The notes below the pieces were generated by a model. The model worked only from the letters and a program-made list of their open reading frames with translations. It had not been told where the DNA came from and made no database searches. DNA of 63,805 nt, the filler included, from Choristocarpus tenellus KU-1152 (Eukaryota; Protista; Phaeophyceae): assembly GCA_964200185.2 (NCBI GenBank). It is 10 parts of 10 records of this genome, joined end to end, with 100 filler letters (N's around TTAATTAATTAA, not from the genome) between each part and the next. Parts side by side here need not be neighbours in the genome. Positions count along the whole stretch, not along the records: positions 8,789 to 27,273 come from CAXNAD020000546.1; positions 27,374 to 30,869 come from CAXNAD020019637.1; positions 30,970 to 34,343 come from CAXNAD020020457.1; positions 34,444 to 38,550 come from CAXNAD020016169.1; 6 more parts are not named here. The stretch is one strand, 5' to 3'. Shown in pieces: positions 12,492-37,154 of the stretch (positions are counted from its first letter, which is position 1; every line of letters begins with the position of its first letter). Made by a program: the position numbers and the translations under genes.

Positions 12492-13477
12492 TGTTTGGTG
12501 CAATTCAGCTCGATTTGTGTGGTGGCGTGGTGATACTGTTGATTATCCGTTTTGTTCCAGTGAATTGTTCTGCTACCCCAAAAGTGCATTGATTTGGTTT
12601 GAAAGAGGGGGCGAGTTGAGTGTATTTATGTTTATTACTCTATGTGCTTATTCTTCTTCACTTATGCAAGTAGATAGATGGGTGTGGTTTGTTATGTATA
12701 TATTAAAAGCTCGCATTTACTCACTTCCATTCCGGATTGAGATTCTTGAGTATCTACTCTGTAGTTTATCCCCTACTGTGTAAAGCATGAAGACAAGCCT
12801 TTAACGCCAAGATAATGATAGATTCAATACTCTTTTCTGGAACACTTTTCTGCATTTGCCATTGCAGCATGCCATCACTGGGGACAAATGCACTGTCTAT
12901 CACATAGTTACCACTTTCATCTTTGCTTGTACATGCCTCTGACATTTCTCTCCGCAGCCACTTGCCCCCAGTTGTTACATTTGTGGCATTTTTCCCCTCC
13001 CTCTATCAATTACCTACTGCCATTCTTTCATACTCATCTTGCAGGCATCATTTAGCTTGCAAAGTTGTAATTTGTCTGTATATATGAGAAGCAATTTTGC
13101 ACTACTGTGTGATAATTCTTGCATCAATAAATGAACTATGGCTCGTCACCACCATTTCTCATGCAAACCTGGTGCTCAAGGTCAGTGCCTTTTCAAGTGC
13201 GGTGACAGGAATGTGCAGGTAACATTGACTTTATTTGTGAGTTCCAAAAATATCCAGCAAGTAAGGAATATCAACCCACACTAAAAGACCACGTGAATCA
13301 CTTGTTCAGATCACTCCTTAGGTTGAGATGAGATTCCAACAATGTGAGAATGTAAGACCCACTGTATTGAACTGGTGATTTTTTAATTCCTTAATGTGAC
13401 CTCACATATATTCTAGTATCAGTACAATAAAGTATATATTTTCAAATACCCAACAAGCTTAGACTAAAACAGGTGAC

Positions 13478-25514
<12,037 letters not shown>

Positions 25515-25619
25515 TGTGTTGGTTTGTTGACTTATTTGAATAGTATTTTTTGTGGGATGTGTGGCATGAGAAGGCATGTTTTGCTCAACAAGGAGTAAAT
25601 CATCCTTAATTTCAACCAA

Positions 25620-26880
25620 AGAATGTTTTACGTGTATAGCTCCAGGAGGGTGTGTTGCAGGATTGGCGGATGGGCAAGGGCGCGGCCATCAAGGTGCTCT
25701 ACAAGAATAAGGATGGAACGAATTGTACCACTACAGAGGCATCTAAATAGTGGGACATCCTGGCAAAGTGGCTCTCCAGATTGTTGCACAAGGTTTGGGA
25801 GCCTACTTGGAACGGGAGAACTCCGTATGAGCAGCAGTGTGTGTTCCAGCCTTGATACTACTCAGCGAGCACTATGTGCACCCTGCTTGCCCTCCAAGAG
25901 CTCGAACGGAAAAAGAAAGTGGGAGCCTCTGTTCATGTGTTTGTTGAGCTGCAGAAGGTACACGACTTGTTGGCCACGACCTTTGTGGGCTGTGCTTAAC
26001 TAAGTTCGGTGCAGCAGAGAAGATATTATCAGTCATCGGCCAGTTCCATGTTGGAATGCGGGCATCTTTCGGCATGGGCCACCACGGAGAGGATTTGAGG
26101 CCAGGCAAGGCCTTCGTCTGCCCTGTCCGCATCAGCATCTTCTGTGCTACAATGCTAAGCATAACAATTTTAATGTTAATGATAATCCGGTTATCTCCGA
26201 GGACCTTGTCCTCATCAAAAGAAGTGAGAAAAACAGTCAGGTTCGGAGGAGAGGTGACAGAGAGGAGGGTAATACTTGAGCAGCGCCTGTGGGGAGTGCT
26301 ATATACTGAAGATGTGGGCATTGTATGTATGATCCAAGGATGTCTGGCAAGGATGATCGCAGTGATCGTCAAGATGGCTAGGATATTTGGACTGAACTTG
26401 TCCGATTTAACGACTAACCATGTGCCTTCATCCTCCCAGTAGAGCATACCAGACATAATGCATATCCAGGCTTTAGAGACCAGAGTTCCAAGTAGACTCC
26501 CAGGTTATTGCTGGAGGGAACATTAACACCGCTGGAAGATCAGGCATTGAGTCCAAAAAGCCTGGTGCTGCTTCCTCAAGTACAGTCAGTTACTATACGA
26601 CAAAACCACAGGTGTACCGCTTGACCTCAAGATCTGAATGCTCAAGGCTTAAGTACTTGGGGTCCTGTTATATGGTTGTGTGACATGGGCAGCCCACCAA
26701 GTTCACTTTATCCAGCTCCATTTCCACCACCACAAATTCCTATTGTGCTGCATCAGACTTCGAAACTGTAGCACACCGACCACATCAAGGGTGGTGCACA
26801 AGGGCAGGAAAGCAGCATTGGTGGTGTGCATATTTGGTTGATGAAACAAGTACTCCATGCACTAGTCGCATGCCAGAGAA
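25620..26880 (+). mobile_element. RTE-like LINE relic, reverse transcriptase region
   Basis: Degenerate RT motifs across frames: LQELERK, PLFMC/VELQK, IGQFHVGMRA, DLRPG, LWGVLYTEDVGIV (from LYADD). Confidence 0.75.
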
Positions 26881-26887
26881 GCTGTGA

Positions 26888-27146
26888 GATTGAAAGTATC
26901 TTAGAGGGTACCGGTTTTGCCCTGTTTGTCCGTTTGCGGCTTCACTTCCCACGGTTTTTTTAATGACATTCTACCTACTCCGAAATGTTTCGGAGTAGGT
27001 AAAATGTATATGTTATAAACAGGTGTGTCCGGGATTAGGATATCGACACTTCCTGACAAACACAGCAGCCAAAATTACATCAAATCCGAACATTGGATTT
27101 TGGACCCCAAACGGACGCGGCACTACCCTCTAAGGTACTTTGGTTC
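26888..27146 (+). mobile_element. MITE family A copy
   Basis: TIRs plus 3-bp flanking duplication TGA (26885-26887 and 27147-27149). Confidence 0.85.
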
Positions 27147-27208
27147 TGATAGGTAACTTACGGCATCTTATGCAGCAGCTAAGGCGACTCAAACAGACTA
27201 GGGCTCAT

Positions 27209-27273
27209 GAGCCAAAGTATCTTAGAGGGTAGAGCCGTGTCCATTTGGGGGCCAAAATCCAATGTTGCGATTT
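27209..27273 (-). mobile_element. MITE family A end, truncated by gap
   Basis: GAGCCAAAGTATCTTAGAGGGTAGAGCCG... Confidence 0.8.
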
Positions 27274-28899
27274 NNNNNNNNNNNNNNNNNNNNNNNNNNN
27301 NNNNNNNNNNNNNNNNNTTAATTAATTAANNNNNNNNNNNNNNNNNNNNNNNNNNNNNNNNNNNNNNNNNNNNCCCCCAGATACTTTGAGCTTAGGCTTC
27401 AACTGTAAAACAGCCAACCTGGGTACCTCTAATTTACTTGGGCTCACTACATACGCTACCCCTATGCAGCAGAATACATGTTGTTAGCAATTGCCTGTTC
27501 ACATCACGATTACAAAGATGTGTATCATGTTATGTACATACAGAGTAAGCAAGTAACTTACCATACTGTTTTCTGTACTCGAATAAACTAAATCTCGAGA
27601 CAGACAACAAACTCAAAACCTTTGGTATGTGAAGGGTGTATACCCACCGGCATCTCTGCACTCTTCAACTCAAAGAACGCTCCCCTGGCACATACACTTG
27701 CCCCATTCAGCAGGTGCTCGCTGCCAGTCGGTATCCAATGGTACAACCACGTTGGGGTAACAGGGAGAGAGGAAGACAAGGGGATCTAGATCATGGTGAC
27801 AAGACTTCTTGGAAAGAAATTCATTGACATCCTTCACAACTCAAAACCATTATCGAAGATCAGAGGTGTTACGGCACCAGCCCGCTGAAAAACCACACAA
27901 TTATCCGTTTTTGCAACAAAAAGAATTCGGTGGGTAGTGGATAGCATGACAATATGAACTAAACTGTTGACATCATTGCGTATCGAACTATTTCGAAAAT
28001 TGTTTCTCTTGTTGATATACCATCCCACTCAGCAACAGCCAGACTTTGACAATGCTGATAAAAGCTGATTGGAATCTGATGTGCATGAAAGGTTGGAAGG
28101 TGGGAAAATATGCAATGGGTTCTGGTACTAACACAAACTCATACAATCTCTTACTGGATCCTCTGACCAAACATACCTGTGCTCCACCCCAGGAGTATAT
28201 ACCATACCTGTTCATATCTTGCATATGTTGCCTTTAATGGCCTTAACACAACAATATCCACACCCTAACTCTAACCACTTTCAAGATGCTTCTGTATACA
28301 GTGATTAGCCTGTATTTCACACTTTCTTCCCCCCTCCATACTCCACACAATTGAGGGGAATGACTGTTCCCAAATGCGTCCTACCTTCCAAAAGGAACTG
28401 AGAATCTGACCAGGAAAAGTTCCTGATCTTGTTGTGGCAGTATCTCAAATTTCACTATGGAGGAGAAAAGACACAAACATTTAGGGGAAGGATGATAAAA
28501 TGAGCAGGTTGCAAGAAATTTGGTTGAGGCAACAACCAGAACAACTACTGATAGGAAGCAACCTCAAAGAGAAAGACAACTTTGTGAGCACTTCAAAGAA
28601 GAGGTTGCAAGAGGGTATTAAGCCATTCAGAAGAGTTATATGCCCAGAAGGGCAATATATATATATATATATGTATGTTTTGACATCAGTTATGTTAAAC
28701 ATCAAATTGAGAGTGTAAGGGACCTTCATTCAGAGTACTTTTGTGAAACAAGGTCTAGTTGATAATTAATCTTCCCCTTCCAAAATATAATAAGAGATTC
28801 CTCTCTTCCTTTCAAGAAGTCCATCTTGGGTGCTTTCTTTTACAGAACTTATCTCTTACGGTCAAGTTTTTCTGATCGGATTTCATCATCGTGAAGAGC

Positions 28900-29620
28900 A
28901 CAACCTCGTCGGTTGATTCACATACCAAATTCGTATGTATGGTGCGTTGCAGAGCAAATATGGCATGGGACGGGAAAGGAGGAGCAAACCAAGACCCTGA
29001 TTTGAAATCCCCAGAGAGAGGCCTTCCAGTTACACAGTTGTCACCTACACCGAGAAGAAGATGCCCAAGATTGCAGACTTGCCCAATTGCAGCAATAGGG
29101 GGTCATTGATCGAGGGGGGATTCAAGCAAGTCGCCACTATGTTTGATGCCAATCGCTAACATGATATCAAGTCTGTGGAAGAACTACGGTGCCCGAAAGG
29201 TTGCTGGTGTTTTGGATCCGAACCTAGGCTTGGTGCAGAAGGGAAGGGTTGGCCGCAAGGGCATTGACATTGGCCTACTACAGGAGACCCCAAATACGAT
29301 TCCCCTCAAGATGTGGACAACCCAATGGCGAGTGGCAGTGCATCTGTGTATCCTGCTGACCACGGTACATAGAAACATTGAGGAGGTTGGTATCAGGTCG
29401 CGCTCAAGGCAACTCAAGCCGCTACTTGCTGTCGAGGTAATGCAAAAGAGGTTAGGGCAGGCAGCGCACTGGATCAACGAGGGGTCTGGAGCATTGAAGT
29501 CTCACATCACTTTGAAGAGCTTTTTCATGTGTAGAGACGGTCAGGAATGCTGTCCGGATGACAGGAAAGCTCTTACATGCCTGTATTTTGAAGTACTTAC
29601 AAATGGACTTTATATAACAT
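28900..29620 (+). mobile_element. possible second RLE-type non-LTR relic
   Basis: QTCPIAAIGGH and LKPLLAVEVMQKRLGQAA loosely match the RLE C-terminal PLAVESxGRLG pattern. Confidence 0.35.
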
Positions 29621-29813
29621 AACATCTAAAATGGATCAATAAAGTGGAACAGAGGACATAAGAGCTTTCAGCGTAGCAAAGTGGAGCACTGCTAAGTTTT
29701 CTACAACCATAGTATTTGTGTACATGCAATGGAGACTGACTCAAAATAAAATCCCAAGGCTGGCTGAGTGACTGCTGTCAACATCTAATGTACATGAAAC
29801 ATAGTTGTGCTAA

Positions 29814-29992
29814 GGCTCAAAGTATCTGGAGGGGAGGGGTGGCAGTTGTCTATTTGGGGCCAATTTTTTTCATGTCACGATTTTTGGGTGATTTGATTGC
29901 ATACAACGGATGGAATATGTAAGTGCACTTTTCCTGGTTATGGACCAAATGGAAGCCCTGGTGTAGACCCCCCCCCCCAGATACTTCGGGCC
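29814..29992 (-). mobile_element. MITE family B copy (about 178 bp)
   Basis: TIR GGCTCAAAGTATCTGG ... CCAGATACTTCGGGCC; flanking duplication TAA/TAA. Confidence 0.85.
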
Positions 29993-30969
29993 TAAAAAAG
30001 AAGGCTTCCTGGGCAAACTATTCCAGAGCGGACGAGGGGGAGTCTCACTACAGGCAGGTACAACTCTCACTTCGGAAAATATATTACTTGTGCACACACA
30101 ATCTACATCGAACCAATAGCATGTGATTGTCCTGATTCATCTTCTGCTTCACATTGTAGAAACTACCAACACTTAACAATGAATCTTGGATTTGTCCGAC
30201 ACACTGCTGAATGAATCAACCTCACAAAAATCACACTCTGAGTTCTACTGTGGTATGCTTGAAACCATTCAATTACGTAACTGCAGCTCACACAGGAAGT
30301 AGCAAGTTAAACATCCTCAACTAGTCGGGAGCACCTAGAGCAACACAATATGTGCATACTATCTCACAAGCATTAAAATTCACTACTGTAGGTCTAGAGC
30401 TAGACTATGAAGCAGTTTCGGTTCGTTGGTGTACAGGTATTGATTGACTATGTCAGAAAAACCAGCACAGGGAATTCATAGCACACAATCATACAAGTAT
30501 CAATCACAGGAGCAGAAACATCAAACACAACAACAGTTTCATCGGACAAGTTACCTGAGAGGAAACAACACTGGCACTCCAAAATTTCCAATGGTAAACC
30601 TTCTACCAGAGGAAACTCTTGCAAACCATTGACACAAAGCAACTGCGCTCTTGGAACAGTAAAAGACCACAAGACCTTGTACAAGCACGGCATCAGAGCA
30701 ACAAAAAAACGGCACTGTGTAACACTGGCAGCAGCCCTACCCCATCTGATGGAGTGAGGTGTAACTTAACACTCCTCACCGTCTTTCAGAATACGCATGC
30801 TGAAAGGATCCAGCGAGGGGTTTCATTGTACCCCCCACTCACACATCCTCATCATCGCAGCATTGACACNNNNNNNNNNNNNNNNNNNNNNNNNNNNNNN
30901 NNNNNNNNNNNNNTTAATTAATTAANNNNNNNNNNNNNNNNNNNNNNNNNNNNNNNNNNNNNNNNNNNN

Positions 30970-31082
30970 GCCCTTAAAAAGTGCCGCAACATTTACAAAA
31001 AAAAACATATCGGCACTTTTTCCCGGTCAATTTTGGGTCAAACCCATCCTCAATAAAAAGTCCATCCTCAATTATTGAAATC
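30970..31082 (-). repeat. dispersed repeat family C fragment
   Basis: Reverse-complement match to 5000-5056 and 55915-55969. Confidence 0.7.
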
Positions 31083-31306
31083 CACTGTTATGTGCTCATG
31101 GCACTCTGGGGGGTGATTTCGCACTTCCTCGGACAAATATTTGCTCTTCTTCTACAGCTACAGCCTCCTGGTAGGATTTGGCATATTTTGAGCACGGGAG
31201 TGGGGGTGTCAGGTATAAGATTTCATAAGTTCCTTACATTCAAAACGGTCTAAATTGATCCCCCTTGGGCATACAATGACTCAAGTTGTGCTTGTCAGTG
31301 TCAGAG

Positions 31307-31339
<33 letters not shown>

Positions 31340-31496
31340 CCAAGCACATAGTCTAATTGCGTAAGGTGAAGGTGACAGTCTGCCACCCTAAATTCGGGAC
31401 CTTTTGTCAACTTTTTGAGGGGTTTGCCAGTCACATCAGGTCAAATTGTTAAAAGCACAATCAATTAACAATGTGCAATAGAATCCTGAAAAAGAC

Positions 31497-31753
31497 CCGA
31501 AGCACGTAAGAGGGTAGGGCCACGTCCGTTCGGGATCATGTGTATCTAATGTTGCGATTTTGATGAATTTTGGCTATCATGTTTGCTAGCAAGTGTCAAT
31601 ATCCTTGCTCTAAACACACCCTTTAAAGTTGCATGCATTGTAGGTAACTGTGTTCACACAGAAAACCGAAAAAGGGCAAAAAAACCCCATGGGAAGTCAA
31701 AACCTCAACAGACAAACAGGGGAAAACTCCTAACCCCTTAAATGCTTAGACTC
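31497..31753 (-). mobile_element. degenerate MITE family A relative
   Basis: AGAGGGTAGGGCCACGTCCGTT, AATGTTGCGATTTTGATG, AATATCCTTG and GACAAACAGGGGAAAACTC blocks occur in family A order. Confidence 0.65.
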
Positions 31754-34146
31754 AAAACACTTTCCTAGTTCACTCGCAATCAAAAATGCTAGAATGAGGA
31801 TAGTAAGCTGCTCTGATGTCTTAAGTTTAACCAAATTTCTCAATTACCACTATAACTCCAAAAATGTGTTAACATTCCAGGAATGGTAGTAAGGGGTAGT
31901 GCACGCTCCTTCTCCATATTGACGAAGAAAATTCCCATCCCTTTATGCCACCCAATATTCTGCTCAGAGCACATAAGCAAACCATGGCTCCTATGAAGGG
32001 TGTATGGTGTGCTCCACCTCAAAAACAGAAACAAATCTACAAAACAGATCCCCCCCCCTACTTGACAGCAGTGTATACAAGGTGACCCTAAAAGTATAGG
32101 CAAGTTGAGGGAAGAGGCATGGATGCTACTAATATTATCACCCCCTGTGTACGATTTTTGTTTGTTTTGAGACGATGTCAGTCAACAGCAGTAACTGGAG
32201 AATGGCACCTGACTAACAGGAAAATGAAAATAGCTTGGATATTATCAGCAACCAGCAGACCTACAGGAACAGCCAGAAGATTGCTGCGCATGTCTTAGCA
32301 TTGTGCTCCCAATCACATCAAGCAAGTCTAACCAATGTGCGGAAAAAAGCTATCAACACAGGATGCAATGGATCGCTGTACTACATCCTCAACCTTGTTT
32401 TGTTATCCAAAAAGAAGCTTTTGCCGTGACATTACTAACAAGGAGGTGAGGGTGTGATTTTAAACCCAGTATCTCTTGCATTGTGCTTTTAACGCAGAAA
32501 GGATAGGTCCCTAAAAGGGAAGTATGTGTAGGCAGGGGTAAAAAACACCTCAAGCACTCAACAGGGATTGGGGTATCAGCCTGCCATGCCAGGGACTACC
32601 ACACTTTAGATCACTCGAGTTTGATGGGTCAAATGCAGCACAACAAAGCAACAATGGCAACATAAGAAATGTTGCCCTCTCACACTGATCGTATCATATG
32701 CACACCATCATTATATACCAAGTATTCATGGATACGACTTATAAACCACACCAACAGTAACCAACGCACGCTCTGCAATTACTAGAAACTTGAAACTGCC
32801 GTTATTCACCTGTATCCTCAATACAGGTGGCCTATCGAGTACCTCGTGCACAACAAGTGGTTCGGTCTTTGCAACTCATGACCAGAACACAAATATGCAG
32901 CACACGATGCCTAATATTGGCCAATAGTTTCTCCCCTGAATATTATACATAATGAAACACTAATTGTACCAGGTGTCACTATTAAAATAGTCGACATTAA
33001 GGAATCAAGACATAACAATCACAAAAATGAAAGCTTCACACAGGATCTCTCATACTCTCCTCCACATCCAAACCTGCTGAGCCTCCACTTCCCAACGCAC
33101 CAAGCAACTCTTACCAACATCATACAAACACTGCATTCGTAAGGCTGCAACAAAATTCAACACTTAAATTACTTGTGTTGCGCAGGTATGTGCCATGGGC
33201 AGGGCATACTTGCCCAACCAATCCCACAACACTAAATTACTCATATAGCCAGTCAGAGTTTCTCTGCCTGTCCTTGTACATTCAAAACAACCAGAAAACC
33301 ACGGATGTAGGCACACATTCTCTGTATCTACCAACAGGTTACACCTTGCTCGAAAAGCTCCTGATCCTAATCCGCCCATCCCCCTTCCCAAATTTGTATG
33401 CACCCCCATTTGACAACACAATAAAAATGAAGCAACCTCACCACTATCTCCGTGAGCATGAATCCCACCCCTGTGACTGCCATCCCTTCTCTTTTTTTGC
33501 CTCACAGAGAGCTCAGGATTGGTTTGCCTTCAACAACAATAGCGCTAAACACCACAAATCCAAGACAGCTTCCCCCCACCCTTCCGACTTTACATTCCAT
33601 CCCACCATTAAGTTAAACCCTCTTCCCAACACTCTTGTGTCATGTCATTGTGTTGACTCCCTTTACCTCATGCATATATCACCACCAGTCAGACACCCTG
33701 TCTGTTTCATGAGATCACTGCTCAAACAGTCAAGCTAGGGCACTGGGGAGTACCACGCCTCATACACCCAATCAGAGAAACAGAGGTCCACACCCTAAAC
33801 TCTGTTTGATCTTTCCTAATTCACATGCAGTGATCCAGTGCCTCTCGGACACATAACGACCTCATGTCTTGAAAGTAGGGACTGAAGTCTGGGCCTTAAA
33901 ACCCACACCACAGCTACATCACAGTGCAGTTGCAGCCCCCATCTGCGGCAATTCTAGAGGACAGCTCCTCTATGGAACGTATCTGTGTACAAATGTGTTG
34001 TGTTGCATTTTGTGAGAGGGAGGATCAAGGGGGATGTGTCCTACATCAGCAATCTCAATCAATTTTCAGCAAGGTCCTTGGCGTCAGGAGACATGCTCTT
34101 CCCACGTTCTGGACAGACTGAAGTAATATGTGCACACTATCGCCAT

Positions 34147-34343
34147 GGCTAAAAGTATCTGGGGGTGAGGGGGGGGTCTACACCAGGGTGTCCATTCGGA
34201 CCCTGACCAGGAAAAGTGTTCTTACATTATCCATCCAACACATGCAACCGAATCACCCAAAAATCGCCACATCGAAAAGTGGGCCCTGAATGGACAGCCG
34301 CCGCCCCCCCCCCCCCCCCCCCCCCCCCCCCACCCCCCTCCAC
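34147..34343 (+). mobile_element. MITE family B copy, truncated by gap in poly-C
   Basis: AAAGTATCTGGGGG start and family B internal sequence. Confidence 0.8.
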
Positions 34344-34443
34344 NNNNNNNNNNNNNNNNNNNNNNNNNNNNNNNNNNNNNNNNNNNNTTAATTAATTAAN
34401 NNNNNNNNNNNNNNNNNNNNNNNNNNNNNNNNNNNNNNNNNNN

Positions 34444-35160
34444 ATTGTCGCCAAGTACGAAAATGGAGGTCAACCAGACGGCAGAGGAGCTTGGTTGGAA
34501 CTAGAACGAGTCTACGGTGGACGCGCGGAGGACGAAATCCCCGTACAAGTCATCACGTTGGAGGCAAAACACCGCGAATTACGTTGCATAACGTCTCAGG
34601 ACAGCACCGATTTTGTCGTCAAACTCGAACGACTATTTTCGGAATTCGAGGAGGTCAAGGAGCCTAAATCCGAAAACATCAAGAGGGCGTCTATACTACT
34701 TGGGATCAAGGAATCCATGCCACATGTGTTCGTGCAATTGATAACACGCCCGGACATCAGCTCTATGAGAAACTCAAACGAGCAGTTATCTCGTTGATAA
34801 ATTACCTTCACTCGGGTCAAGATGGTCATGATGGAATATTAGCAATGCATGGCAATGTGAAGAATGGCCATGCTCGGAAGGCTAAAGGATCAGTTGGAAG
34901 TGGCCTCAGACCAAACCAATGTGGATATTGTTTAAGGATAAACCATCGATGGCAGAAATGCTACCGATACTTAAATGGAAAGCTGCCGGCAACACGTCCG
35001 CCTGGGATGGCACCCGGAACATTTCCGCCACCTCCAACTCGTGGGAGCAGCAACAAAGTCGACGGAAACCGAGCGCGCTCCTTCTCCAGTTTCAAGGTGA
35101 CAGCAGACAAGGAGGTTAACAAAAGTGCAGTGTCAACTCCTCCAGTGGAAGACAAGTCGA
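34444..35160 (+). mobile_element. LTR retrotransposon gag relic (Ty1/Copia-like)
   Basis: DGRGAWLELERVYGG gag-like helix region, then CCHC knuckle CGYCLRINHRWQKC (CX2CX4HX4C); frame break near 34795. Confidence 0.7.
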
Positions 35161-36716
35161 GATATTATTCTCCTTTGATAGCATGGGGAATGTGGAAGAG
35201 CCTTCACCTGATCTATCTTCGTGGTGAGTAGATAATATGAAGTCGCACATTGTGTGGCGTTACTTGCATTGGAACCAGAATGTATCTACACACAAATGAT
35301 ACACATGACCATTACTTGCTCCACAGTAGCAAACAGCCCACAGGATCCCTTCCACCATTCAGGCAATCAATGTCACATGATGAGGTGAAGACAGCCATGG
35401 TCATGTGGTGCCCCGCAGGTACAACTGGTCCCCTGGAAGTATCCCTGACACAGTCTCAGATATTCCTGGATCGGAAAATATCTACTACTCTGAGTAGATG
35501 TTTGCGGCACGGGAAGAAGGAGATATCAAAAGCCGACACCTGAATAACCTCGAGACACTGCACAATTCATCGCCTCTCTTGTTCGGCTTCAATGAACCCA
35601 CCGATGTGCATCAGATATAAAATTTACTGAGAGAGGCTTAGATTCGATTTCCCAGAACAAGTGAGAAGATGATTCCATACTTCTGATGGGACATTGACCT
35701 GACATGCGCCATTTTGTGTTGCCAAGAGGGTTTTGGGGCTATAGTGTGAGTACCACTGAGCCTTTGACAGTAGTCTGTTGTCTGAACAAGGGTATTTTGT
35801 TTAAGCAACAGCTCCATTCCTCACTCTGTGGATATCTCCTAAATCTGCACATTCCTGTGCCTCCTGATGGAGAGGGTTACGGGACATGGTAACAGTAAGG
35901 GTTGCTGCTGCTGGGGTTACGTTTAGGATCTCTTGTGCTGTTCTCATACCCACAGCTGTCAACCTACACTTACTTGCCTTGGCAACTTGATGTATCTACA
36001 ACAAGTCTGTGCCCCACCTATTTCACTTCTCGTCCTGTATGCTTCGTAACAGTCCAATCTTTCTCCTAGTGAAGTGGTCAGCATTTGGCTAAAAGTCAAA
36101 GTGTTTGCTCAAGAGCTGGGAGAAGGTGTTATGTCCCCAGCAATTAATTTTTGTGAAGGAGATTGCCTGGAAGAGGTGAATTGCATACTGCTGTATATAT
36201 TTTTGCATTCCTACCCAACGAGCAGACAATGAAGGAACGCAATATCTTCACCTACCATCCTGTATTGTTGGATATCAAACTCTCAACAGGGGGTGTAGGT
36301 GGTCTTGTACGCTGCTTCTCCATTCATCATAGAAAGGTGTTTTTCGGTTCCTCTGCCCTTGTACTCGGCCAATGATCTTGACGACAGGGTTACCGTGCAT
36401 TACCACACCTTTCCCCCTCTACAGGAGTTTAGAGTACATGCAAATGAAAACAGGTTTGTTCGTTCTTGCTGCTGCCAATCCAGAACCGTTACGTCTGGCC
36501 GGACATATCAATTCAAGAGTGCTACCAACTAAGTGGAGGCTGTGGCGTTACTCACCCAGCCATTCACTCACATGCTTGCAAGATGGGGTGCCTGAGTGAT
36601 GAAGGAATTGTGCAACTGAAATACGTCTGGTGGCACGAGTGACACCTTTGTGTTGGTGACTCTTCTCCAACCTAGTCAAGGCTCCTAAACAGTTCTTTCC
36701 TGTACTGTGGGGATGA

Positions 36717-36957
36717 GAGTCCTAGTCCTACACTGTACAACATTGACTGGTTCCATCAAGGAGTGCCATCTCTGAGAGTTCATACTCTCCAATGCAGTAG
36801 TCAAAGTCAATATTTTTGCAAACAAGGTTCCATTGAATGAGTCCTAGTCCTACACTGTACAACATTGACTGGTTCCATCAAGGAGTGCCATCTCTGAGAG
36901 TTCGTACTCTCCAAAGCAGGAAACAAAGTCAATATTTTTGCAAACAAGGTTCCAATG
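36717..36957. repeat. 122-bp tandem duplication
   Basis: GAGTCCTAGTCCTACACTGTACAAC... at 36717 and 36839. Confidence 0.9.
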
Positions 36958-36971
36958 CTTGTACCCAATCA

Positions 36972-37154
36972 GACCTAAAGTATCTGGGGGGGGGCGGGGG
37001 TCTACACCAGCGTGTCCATTTCGGCCAAGATCAGGAAAAGTGCATTTACATTTTATCCATCCGACGTATGCAACCAAATCACGCAAAAATCGCGACATGA
37101 AAAAATTGACCCCAAATGGACAGCCGCCGCCCCCCCCCCCAGATACTTTGCGCC
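36972..37154 (+). mobile_element. MITE family B copy in a GH128 pseudogene intron
   Basis: GACCTAAAGTATCTGGGG ... CCCAGATACTTTGCGCC. Confidence 0.85.

Noticed and set aside
27588-28237. Possible FHA-domain exons completing the RS-rich gene
   Set aside because: Only a vague resemblance (HLLNG..FFELK); FHA core residues are absent and the region is several gaps away.
35575-35614. LLFGFNEP as a Copia reverse-transcriptase remnant
   Set aside because: Better explained as the GH128 acid/base motif, supported by four further GH128 exons.
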